Source: a bacterium (GTDB taxonomy: Bacteria > Myxococcota_A > Bradymonadia > UBA7976 > UBA1532). From it: DNA of 49,068 bases. This document shows positions 17,755-25,501 of this stretch, piece by piece. Every line of letters starts with the position of its first letter. Position 1 is the first letter of the stretch. The stretch is from NCBI GenBank assembly GCA_030426945.1, contig JAUHXL010000003.1, forward strand, positions 1-49,068, in the 5' to 3' direction. The notes under the pieces are model-generated. The model did not search any database. It had not been told where the DNA came from and saw only the letters and a list, made by a program, of their open reading frames with translations. The translations under genes and the position numbers were made by a program.

Positions 17755-18827
17755 AGACGACGATGACCGCGAGGATCGAGGTGCGCCGCGTCAGCACCCA
17801 CGCCCGGGTGCAGCACACCACCGCGCGCGCCGACCTGCAGGCCCTGTGCGTCGCCGCGAGCGCCGCGCCGCTCGACGCGGGGCGCGCCGCCGCGCTGTGG
17901 CCCGAGCTGGGGGCGCGCGGCGCCGCGACGCTGGTGAAGGCGCTGCGCCGCATGGGCCTTCTCGGTCGCGAGGGCGCGCTGACCGCCGCCGGCGTGCGGT
18001 GCCGCGACACGGCGCAGGTGGTCGCGGTCGAGGAGGGCCAGCATCACCTCTGGGTGGCCGAGCACCCGATCCTCGGGCGGCGCGCCCTGCACGTCGAGCG
18101 GATCGGCGACCGCGACGACGCGGTCCGCGACGAGGACGTGGTCGCCCTGCCGGCCGCCGTCTGCGACGCCGAGCCGGCACGCTCGGTCCTGACCGACGCC
18201 GTGCTGGCGGTCGAGCGGATCGGCCCCGGCGATCTGGCCCCCGCCGGCCGCGTCACCCCCCAGTCGGCCGCCACGCTGACCGTCGACGTCGACTTCGTCG
18301 CCGATCGCGCCACGTGGACGCTCGCCGGCGCGCTGCACGGCGCCGCCGCTGGCCAGGACTTCCGCACCGCGCCGGCGCGGCTCGACCTCGACACGCAGGC
18401 CCTCTACGCCCGCTGGGAGCCGGACTGGAGCGTCGAGCGCGGCCGCCTGCTGATGGACTTCGACGACGACCCGAGCGAGCCGCCCTTCGTCCGCGACTGG
18501 ACCTACGATCCGGTCACGCTGCCGGGCGGGGGCACCTACCACGACGTGACGGTGCGGGGCGTGCCGGTCGGCCCCAGCGACGCCACGCAGGCGGCGCGCT
18601 GGGCGTTGGCCCTCTGGGCGCGTCGGGTGGCCGCCCTCGGCGGGCCCACGCGGGGTGCCCCGCTGGCCCGGGGCTACGCGGCGCTGGTGGCCGACACGCC
18701 GGTGGCCGCCGTGCCCGCGCCGCCGCTGGGCGACCTGCTCGACCGGCTACGGCGCGACGGCGCCCGCGACGCCTTCTGGCGCGTCGCCGCGCCCCACGAC
18801 CTGAACCCCACGGAGGTGATCCGATGA
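17751..18827 (+). CDS. Hypothetical protein, possible N-terminal winged helix; helicase-associated
   Basis: ATGA overlaps with both neighbours. LVKALRRMGLL....LTAAG resembles a wHTH recognition helix and wing. Confidence 0.75.
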   Translation: MKTTMTARIEVRRVSTHARVQHTTARADLQALCVAASAAPLDAGRAAALWPELGARGAATLVKALRRMGLLGREGALTAAGVRCRDTAQVVAVEEGQHHLWVAEHPILGRRALHVERIGDRDDAVRDEDVVALPAAVCDAEPARSVLTDAVLAVERIGPGDLAPAGRVTPQSAATLTVDVDFVADRATWTLAGALHGAAAGQDFRTAPARLDLDTQALYARWEPDWSVERGRLLMDFDDDPSEPPFVRDWTYDPVTLPGGGTYHDVTVRGVPVGPSDATQAARWALALWARRVAALGGPTRGAPLARGYAALVADTPVAAVPAPPLGDLLDRLRRDGARDAFWRVAAPHDLNPTEVIR

Positions 18828-20902
18828 TCGCGCTGACCGGGCCCATCGAGGCCATCGACCACGCCGACACCGTCGACCGCCGCGACGTCCGCGGTGACTG
18901 GTGGGTGTCCCAGCCGGCCGCCGTCTCGGCGCCCGCGCCCTGGGGGGACGCCGCCGACCGTGATCTCGCGGGGCTGAGCGCGGTCCTCGCCGGGGACGTG
19001 TTCGTCGGCGTCGTCGGTGATCCCGACGATGGGATCCTGGAGCTGGCGGCGGCGGCGGCCGCGGAGGGGGCGCGGGTCTACCTGCTCGGCGCCGAGGACG
19101 CCCTCCGGCGGCTGCCCGCGGGGGACGTCGCCGCCCGGGTGCTGGGCGCCGAGGCCGGCAGCTGGTGTGTCCGGGGCGCCGGCGGGCTGGCCTGGGGCGC
19201 CGGCGCGCGGCTGACGCTCGACGCCGCGCTGGCTCGGGCCGCGCACGCGCTGTTCACCGATCTCTGGTGGTACGAGGCCGCCGCCGAGTGGCGGGGCGGC
19301 CGCCGCGCCCCGCTGGAGCCCTCGCCCTTCGGCGCGGACGAGCGCGCCGACCTGCGCGAGGCGCCCGTCCGCCTCGAGACGGGGGCGCGCGACCGGGCGC
19401 GCGACGCGCGCCTGCTGGTCGCGCCGCGCACGCTGCCCGGCGTTCGGCCCCCGACGGTGCTGACGCGCCCGCACGCGGTGGACGCGGCGACGCTGGCCGA
19501 GTGGGCGCGCGCCGGCACCCGCGTCCTCGGGCTCGAGGCGGATCGGGCGCTGCCCGCGCTGGCCATCGCGCCGCGGCGCTGCGTCGTGGGGCTGCCCGCG
19601 GGCGCGCGCACGCTGCGGATCGAGATCGCCGACGCCGCGTTCGCCGCCGCCGCGGGCCACCACGTCGAGAGCCTCGCGACGTGGCGCCTGCAGGTCGACC
19701 AGCGCCTCGGTGACGTCGCGGGGCCGATCTGGCTGGCCGGTGAGGCGCCGCGGCCGACGGTGGCCCGGCAGGCGCGGACGCTGCCGCCGGTGGTCGCGCC
19801 CCTCGACGCGCGCTTCCCCGACGCCCAGCCCACCGCGCGGCCCGCGCCGGATCCGCTGGCGCTCGAGGTCGCCGACGCCTGGCGGGTGGAGCCCCCGCGG
19901 CTGCCCGCGGGCGCCGCGCAGGACGCGCTGCACCGCGAGTGGGCCCGGCTGGACGACGCCGTACAGGTGCGGGCGCGGCAGGCCAGCGCCGCGCTGGCGG
20001 CCGAGGCGCCCCGCGTCGCGCGCGCCCTGCTCGATCGGCTGACCGGGCGGCAGGCGCTCGAGGGCCAGCGGCGCGCGCTGAACGACGAGGCGAAGGCGCT
20101 GGCCGAGGTGGCGCCGTCCGAGCGCGCTGAGCAGGCCGCCGAGCGCTGCCGGCGGCTCATCGCGCTCGAGGCCGAGGTCGAGGCGTGGCGGCGGGCGCGC
20201 GGGGCCGCGATCGACGAGGCGCGGCAGCGCGAGGCCCACGCCGCGCGGGTGGCCGAGGCGCAGGCCCGGTGCGCGGCGCTCGAGGCCGGGCGGGCGCCGC
20301 TCGACGCCACCCTGCGCGCGGCGCGGGTGGACCTGGCCGCCGCCGAGGCCGCGTGGTCGGCCGCGCGGGACGGTGCGCGCGCGGGCGCGGTCGAGCGGGT
20401 CGCCGCGGCGCTCGCCGAGGCCGTCGAGGCCGCGGAGCAGGCGCTCGGGTCGATGGGCTCCGGGTCGAGCAGCGGCAAGAAGAACAAGCGCCGGCAGGCC
20501 GCGCAGGACGTGGTCGCGAAGGCGCGCGCCGCCGCGGAGGCGGGACCGACGGCCGCCGACATCGAGGAGGCGATCGACGCCGATCCGGCGGTCCGGTCGG
20601 CGCGCGCCGCGCACGACACCGCGCGGCGCGCCGCGGCCGGCGCCGACGCCGCGTGGGCCGACGCGCAGCGTGCGCTGGCGGACGCCCGCGCCGCCGCCGA
20701 CGCGCCCTTCGTGCTCCGACCCCGCGCCGAGGCGTCGGCGCCGGCCCCCGCGCCCCTGCCGCCCGTGCCCGCCGAGGCCCTGCCCGCGGTCGGGGCGCTC
20801 CACCGCCACGAGGGTCGTCGCCTGCTGGCCATCCGCACCTGGCACCAGGTGCCCCAGGCGCGCCTCGACGCCGCGCGCCTCGGCGCCGAGCTGGTCGTCT
20901 GA
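18824..20902 (+). CDS. Hypothetical protein: degenerate PLD-like N-terminus plus long Ala/Arg/Glu coiled coil
   Basis: ATGA overlap at 18824. ILELAAAAAAEGARVYLL resembles the PLD 'aa.rGvrV.ll' segment, but no HxK motif is present. Heptad-rich region around 19930-20700. Confidence 0.7.
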   Translation: MIALTGPIEAIDHADTVDRRDVRGDWWVSQPAAVSAPAPWGDAADRDLAGLSAVLAGDVFVGVVGDPDDGILELAAAAAAEGARVYLLGAEDALRRLPAGDVAARVLGAEAGSWCVRGAGGLAWGAGARLTLDAALARAAHALFTDLWWYEAAAEWRGGRRAPLEPSPFGADERADLREAPVRLETGARDRARDARLLVAPRTLPGVRPPTVLTRPHAVDAATLAEWARAGTRVLGLEADRALPALAIAPRRCVVGLPAGARTLRIEIADAAFAAAAGHHVESLATWRLQVDQRLGDVAGPIWLAGEAPRPTVARQARTLPPVVAPLDARFPDAQPTARPAPDPLALEVADAWRVEPPRLPAGAAQDALHREWARLDDAVQVRARQASAALAAEAPRVARALLDRLTGRQALEGQRRALNDEAKALAEVAPSERAEQAAERCRRLIALEAEVEAWRRARGAAIDEARQREAHAARVAEAQARCAALEAGRAPLDATLRAARVDLAAAEAAWSAARDGARAGAVERVAAALAEAVEAAEQALGSMGSGSSSGKKNKRRQAAQDVVAKARAAAEAGPTAADIEEAIDADPAVRSARAAHDTARRAAAGADAAWADAQRALADARAAADAPFVLRPRAEASAPAPAPLPPVPAEALPAVGALHRHEGRRLLAIRTWHQVPQARLDAARLGAELVV

Positions 20903-20977
20903 GCCCGAATGGGCGCGCCCGTGTCCGGTTCTCGCGCCGGGCGGCGTCCTCGAAACGCAACCACCAAGGAGGACGCC

Positions 20978-21697
20978 ATGAGCGTCGACGGCAACCTGCC
21001 GCTGGAGATGGAGCTGCCCGGCGGGCCGCTCTCCGCCCGCCCCCTGGACTTCATCTTCCTGCTCGACGCCTCGTCGTCGATGGACGGGGCGAAGATCCAG
21101 TCCCTGAACCAGGCCGTCGAGGCCGCGCTGCCTGCGATGCGCGACGTGGCGCGGGACAACCCGAACGCGGCGGTGCGGGTGCGCGCCATCCAGTTCAACA
21201 GCGGCGCCTACTGGCACATCCCGACGCCGACGCCGGTCGAGCAGGTGGCCTGGACGCCGTTGAGCGCGAGCGGGAGCACCGCGATGGGCCGCGCGCTCTC
21301 GATGTGCGCCGCCCAGCTGCGCACGCCGCCGATGCCCGACCGGGCGCTGCCGCCGGTGCTGGTGCTGATCAGCGACGGCGCGCCCACCGACGACTTCCGC
21401 GCCGGGCTGAACGCGCTGATGGCCGAGCCCTGGGGCAAGAAGGCGGTGCGCATCGCCATCGCGATCGGCGAAGGCGCCGACCTGGCGGTGCTGCGTGCGT
21501 TCATGGGGCACCCGGAGCTCGAGCCCCTGCGCGCGAACAACGCGGAGACGTTGGTGCAGTGTGTGCGCTGGGCGTCGACGGCGGTGCTGCAGGCCGCGTC
21601 GGCGCCGCCGAGCCGCGCGCTGGGCGCCCCGGCGCCGAGCGGCAACGTGGCGCTGCCCGCGCCGCCGCCCCCGGCCAGCGCCGCGGACGTCTGGTGA
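20978..21697 (+). CDS. terY: TerY-like von Willebrand factor A domain protein
   Basis: MIDAS residues DASSSM, GSTAMG and ISDGAPTD. AAGGAGG RBS. First gene of a vWA-PP2C-kinase triad. Confidence 0.9.
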   Translation: MSVDGNLPLEMELPGGPLSARPLDFIFLLDASSSMDGAKIQSLNQAVEAALPAMRDVARDNPNAAVRVRAIQFNSGAYWHIPTPTPVEQVAWTPLSASGSTAMGRALSMCAAQLRTPPMPDRALPPVLVLISDGAPTDDFRAGLNALMAEPWGKKAVRIAIAIGEGADLAVLRAFMGHPELEPLRANNAETLVQCVRWASTAVLQAASAPPSRALGAPAPSGNVALPAPPPPASAADVW

Positions 21698-22521
21698 AGG
21701 CGCCGCGCCTGCGCGTCGCGGCGATCGCGCACAGCGTGGCGGGCGCGGCGCACATCCGGCAGATGCGTCCCTGCCAGGACGCCTTCCGGGTGGAGTCCAC
21801 GGGCGAGGGGGTCGCCGTCGCCGTCGCCGTCGCCGATGGGCACGGCAGCAGCCGGCACGCGGCCGAGGGCGCCACGTTCGCCGTCCAGACCGCGACCCGC
21901 ACCCTGGCGGACCTGCACGCGGCGCTCGGCGCGGACGCCGGGACCGGCGCGTACCGCGCGCAGCTCGAGGACGCCGTGGGCCGCCGCCTGGTGCTGGCCT
22001 GGCAGGACGTGGTGCAGCGCCACGGCTCGATCGACGGCATCAAGCGGAGGCCGGGTGAGCCCGACCTCGAGGTCACCCATCGCTACGGCACGACGTTGTC
22101 CGCGGCCCTCGCGACGCCCGACGTCGTTGCCTGCCTCGCCCTGGGCGACGGCGCGACGCTGTGGGTGTCGCCCGAAGACGAGGTGCTGCGGCCGCTGGGC
22201 GACGACGCCCACGCCTTCGCCGATCAGACCTCGTCCCTGTGCACCGCCGGCGCCTGGCGCGCCCTGCGCGCGACCGCCTGGACGCCCCCCGCCGAGGGCG
22301 GGCTGCTGCTGATGATGAGCGACGGCTACGTGAACTCGTACCCCGACGACGCCGCGCTCGACGCGGTCGCGCGCGACTACGCCCGCCTGGTGCGCGCCCG
22401 CGGCCTCGACGCCGTGGGCGCCGCCCTGCGCGGCTTCCTGCGCCAGGTCTCGATCCGAGGCTGCGGCGACGACGTCTCGCTCGCCCTGATCCACTTCGCC
22501 CCGCTGGAGGACGCCCGATGA
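21694..22521 (+). CDS. PP2C-family protein phosphatase (TerY-P triad)
   Basis: Motifs G..H......CQDA, VADGHGS, GTT, LGDG, SDG and DDVS. GTGA overlap with terY. Confidence 0.9.
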   Translation: MKAPRLRVAAIAHSVAGAAHIRQMRPCQDAFRVESTGEGVAVAVAVADGHGSSRHAAEGATFAVQTATRTLADLHAALGADAGTGAYRAQLEDAVGRRLVLAWQDVVQRHGSIDGIKRRPGEPDLEVTHRYGTTLSAALATPDVVACLALGDGATLWVSPEDEVLRPLGDDAHAFADQTSSLCTAGAWRALRATAWTPPAEGGLLLMMSDGYVNSYPDDAALDAVARDYARLVRARGLDAVGAALRGFLRQVSIRGCGDDVSLALIHFAPLEDAR

Positions 22522-23819
22522 CCCTCTCGTTGCCTCAGTCGCTGCACACCCGCGAAGGCCAGCCCGTCGCCTGCCGCCGCCTGCTCGGCGAGGGCGGCCA
22601 GGGCCGCGTCTTCGAGGTCACCGTCGACGGCGCGGCCCACGCGCTGAAGCTGTACCACCCGCACATGGCGCCCGCCGCCCAGCGCGGCATGATCGAGCGC
22701 GCCGTGCAGGGGGGGCCGCCCTCGGCTCACTTCCTCTGGCCCACCCACGTGGTGGCCGGCCCGGGCGACGCGTTCGGCTACCTGATGCCCCTGCGCCCGG
22801 CCCGCTTCCGCTCGGTGCCCGACCTGGTCACGCGGCGGGTGACGAGCACCTTCCCGGCGATCCTCACCGCCGCCGCCGAGCTGGCCAGCGCCTTCCACGA
22901 CTTGCACGCGAAGGGCCTGGCCTACTGCGACATCTCGTGGGGCAACGTCTTCCTCGACCCCCAGTCGGGCGAGGTGCTCGTCTGCGACAACGACAACGTC
23001 GACGTCGACGGCGCCGCGACGGCCACCGTCCTGGGCACGCCGCGGTTCATGGCCCCCGAGATCGTGCGCGGCGAGGTCGGGCCGTCCGTGCGCACCGACC
23101 GCTTCTCGCTGGCGGTGCTGCTGTTCCAGATGCTGTTCAACGGCCACCCCCTCGACGGCGCGCGCGAGGCCAAGGTGCGCAGCCTGGACGGTCCGGCCCT
23201 CGAGCTGCTGTACGGCACGCGGCCGATCTACGTGTTCGATCCGAAGGACGCGTCGAACCGCCCGGTGCCCGGCATCCACGACAACGTGCTGATCTTTCGA
23301 AAGATTTGGCCTTCGTCCCTGCAGCGCCTGTTCGCGACGGCCTTCACCGATGGCCTGACGCAGCCCGGCCGCCGGCCGACGGAGGGCGAGTGGCGCGACG
23401 CGCTCTTCGCGACCCGCGATCTGCTGCACCCGTGCGGCGCTTGCGCTCGACCCAACGCGCTCGAGGTGGACGCGCTGCGCGCGGGCGACGCGGGGGCGTG
23501 CTGGTCGTGCGGTGGCTCGGTGGGCCCGGTCACCTGGATCGAGCTGGGCCGCGGCGCGTTGGCCCTGCCCCTGGGGCGGGCCCTCTTCCCGCACCACCTG
23601 GGCGCGCGGCACGACTTCGGGGCGCCCGCGGCCCAGGTCGAGGCGCACCCCGCGGACGCCCGGCGGCGCGGACTGCGCAACCTCGGCGCCGGCGCCTGGA
23701 CGATCACCCGCCCGGACGGCGCGCTCGTGCCGGTGCCACCCGGCCGCGCCGCCGCGCTCGAGCCGGGCTTCGCGCTGGACTTCGGCCGGGTGCGCGGGCA
23801 CGTCCACCGCACGCGCTGA
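22518..23819 (+). CDS. Ser/Thr protein kinase (TerY-P triad) with Zn-ribbon and C-terminal FHA-like beta domain
   Basis: Motifs GEGGQG, ALKLY, YCDISWGN, CDNDN, GTPRFMAPE and DRFSLA. Also CGAC...CWSC and a GLRNL...W tail. ATGA overlap with the phosphatase. Confidence 0.9.
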   Translation: MTLSLPQSLHTREGQPVACRRLLGEGGQGRVFEVTVDGAAHALKLYHPHMAPAAQRGMIERAVQGGPPSAHFLWPTHVVAGPGDAFGYLMPLRPARFRSVPDLVTRRVTSTFPAILTAAAELASAFHDLHAKGLAYCDISWGNVFLDPQSGEVLVCDNDNVDVDGAATATVLGTPRFMAPEIVRGEVGPSVRTDRFSLAVLLFQMLFNGHPLDGAREAKVRSLDGPALELLYGTRPIYVFDPKDASNRPVPGIHDNVLIFRKIWPSSLQRLFATAFTDGLTQPGRRPTEGEWRDALFATRDLLHPCGACARPNALEVDALRAGDAGACWSCGGSVGPVTWIELGRGALALPLGRALFPHHLGARHDFGAPAAQVEAHPADARRRGLRNLGAGAWTITRPDGALVPVPPGRAAALEPGFALDFGRVRGHVHRTR

Positions 23820-23892
23820 TCGGCGCGTCGGTCGAGACAGCGGCGCGCGAGGGGCGTAGGGTGTGGCGCCTCGGGATGGAGCGGGTGCCCCC

Positions 23893-24624
23893 ATGGACGA
23901 CCTCACCACCACCACGCTGTTGGGCCTCGCCCTCGGCCTGCGCCACGCCCTCGACGCCGATCACGTCGTCGCCGTGGCCACCATCGCCGCCCGCGAGCGT
24001 CGGCCGCTGGCCGGCGCCGCCATCGGGGCCTTCTGGGGGCTGGGCCACTCGGCCGTGGTGCTGCTCGCCGGTCTGGCGGTGCTGTGGCTGGGGGTCGTCG
24101 TGCCCGAGCGCGTCGGGCTGGCCGCCGAGCTCGGCGTCGCGGCGATGCTGGTCGGCCTGGGTGTCTGGAGCTTGCTGGGCCTGCGCACCCGCAAGGGTCA
24201 CCGCCCCCATCGTCACGGCGATCATGTGCACACCCACCCGCCCGGCGACGCCGGCGCGGGCCACGGCCACCCGCTGGGGGCCGATCCGGTGAGCCGGGTC
24301 GACGCGGCGCTGGGCCACGCGCGCCTGTACCGCCGCCTGCGCCCCGCGGTGGTCGGCGCCCTGCACGGCCTGGCCGGCTCGGCCGCGCTCGCTCTGCTGC
24401 TGGTGCCGATGGTCACCCGCCCGCTCGTCGGCGTGGGCTATCTGCTCGCCTTCTGCGCCGGCACCGTCCTCGGCATGGTCGGCGCCACCCTGCTCATCGC
24501 TTTGCCCGCCACGCTGGGCGCCGGCCGCTGGCCCCGCCTGCCCGACGCCGTCCGCGGGTTCGCGGGCGTGGCGAGCATCGGGGTGGGCGTGCTGCTCGCC
24601 CGCTCGGTGATGCTGACCCTCTGA
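23893..24624 (+). CDS. HoxN/NiCoT-UreH family nickel/cobalt transporter
   Basis: Motifs GLRHALDADH, WGLGHS and HGLAGSAA, plus a His-rich loop (HRPHRHGDHVHTH). Confidence 0.9.
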   Translation: MDDLTTTTLLGLALGLRHALDADHVVAVATIAARERRPLAGAAIGAFWGLGHSAVVLLAGLAVLWLGVVVPERVGLAAELGVAAMLVGLGVWSLLGLRTRKGHRPHRHGDHVHTHPPGDAGAGHGHPLGADPVSRVDAALGHARLYRRLRPAVVGALHGLAGSAALALLLVPMVTRPLVGVGYLLAFCAGTVLGMVGATLLIALPATLGAGRWPRLPDAVRGFAGVASIGVGVLLARSVMLTL

Positions 24625-24644
24625 CCGCGCCCGCGGAGGGCCGA

Positions 24645-24851
24645 TCAGCCCCAGCCGTTGCCGGTGAGGCGCTGCAGCGCGCGCTGAAAGCGCTCCACGC
24701 TGACCGGGACGATCTCGCAGACCCGCCCGTACAGCATGGTCGTCGGCACGTTGCGGCCCTTCATCTCGCGCTGGGCCTCGCGCAACGTGAACAGGATGAC
24801 GCGCTCGAGGCGCGTGAGGCCGTCGCGCACGTCGGGGATGTCGTCGTGCAT
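24645..24851 (-). CDS. 68-aa protein resembling the GyrA/ParC N-terminal (PDVRDGL) winged-helix segment
   Basis: MHDDIPDVRDGLTRLERVIL..., starting 8 nt after the stop of the upstream lipoprotein gene. Confidence 0.7.
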   Translation of the reverse strand: MHDDIPDVRDGLTRLERVILFTLREAQREMKGRNVPTTMLYGRVCEIVPVSVERFQRALQRLTGNGWG

Positions 24852-24859
24852 GGGCCGGA

Positions 24860-25333
24860 TCAGCGCTTGCGGGTCAGGGGCAGCGACTCGCCCTCGGCGG
24901 CGTGCCAGATGAGCCCCCGGTCGGTGAACTCGAGCTTCAGCTGATCGGCGGTGCCATCGTTGGCGGTCGTCGCCAGCGTCAACGACCGCCCGGCCTGATC
25001 GGCGACCGAGTAGGCGCCCTCGATCGTCTTGCCGGCCATGCTGAGGCTGAAGCGGTCGCCGGTGAACTCGAGGGCCATCGAGCGCGTGACGTTCTCGGCC
25101 ATCTCGAGCGCCAGCGCCCGCTTCTCCGGGGTCATCGCCGCGAGGTGGGGCTGCTCGGCCAGTCGGCTGGTGTCGATGGTCCACTGCCCGACGATGGCCT
25201 CGCGGGGCTTCGCGGGCACCGCGTAGGGCGCGCCGGCGCCGTCGTCGTTCGGCGTCTTGGGCGCCGTGTTCTTGCAGCCGACCAGGCCGGCGGTCGACAG
25301 CAGCAGAGCGAGCGTCGCGGAGATGATGCGCAA
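24860..25333 (-). CDS. Lipoprotein with lipocalin-like beta domain
   Basis: TTG start after GGAGG, lipobox LVGC, IVGQW motif, GAYSV and terminal LTR. Confidence 0.75.
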   Translation of the reverse strand: MRIISATLALLLSTAGLVGCKNTAPKTPNDDGAGAPYAVPAKPREAIVGQWTIDTSRLAEQPHLAAMTPEKRALALEMAENVTRSMALEFTGDRFSLSMAGKTIEGAYSVADQAGRSLTLATTANDGTADQLKLEFTDRGLIWHAAEGESLPLTRKR

Positions 25334-25501
25334 GGGGCCTCCAGGCGTCCCGGTCGCCGCGGTGCACGGCCCGGTCGAGGGTGCCGACTACTATAGGCGC
25401 CCTGTGCAGCGAGGGCACGCGCGTCGTGGAGCCCGCGGGGGCCGTTGCGCGTCCGAGGTCGGCCCCCTAGGATGCGCCGTCGATTTGGGGGGAGGCGTGC
25501 C

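Noticed and set aside
14743-20902. Calling the helicase module Mokosh, Hhe or another named system
   Set aside because: The helicase has no fused kinase, DUF4011 or Vsr domain visible, and the PLD-like gene lacks HKD. A named assignment cannot be supported without HMM searches.
14250-23900. Mobile element boundaries around the candidate defence operon
   Set aside because: No integrase, transposase, tRNA or flanking direct repeats were found, and composition is similar to the rest of the window.
24645-24851. gyrA/parC pseudogene remnant
   Set aside because: No other gyrase fragments flank it. The ORF is intact and diverges from GyrA outside the motif, which fits a distinct small protein better.
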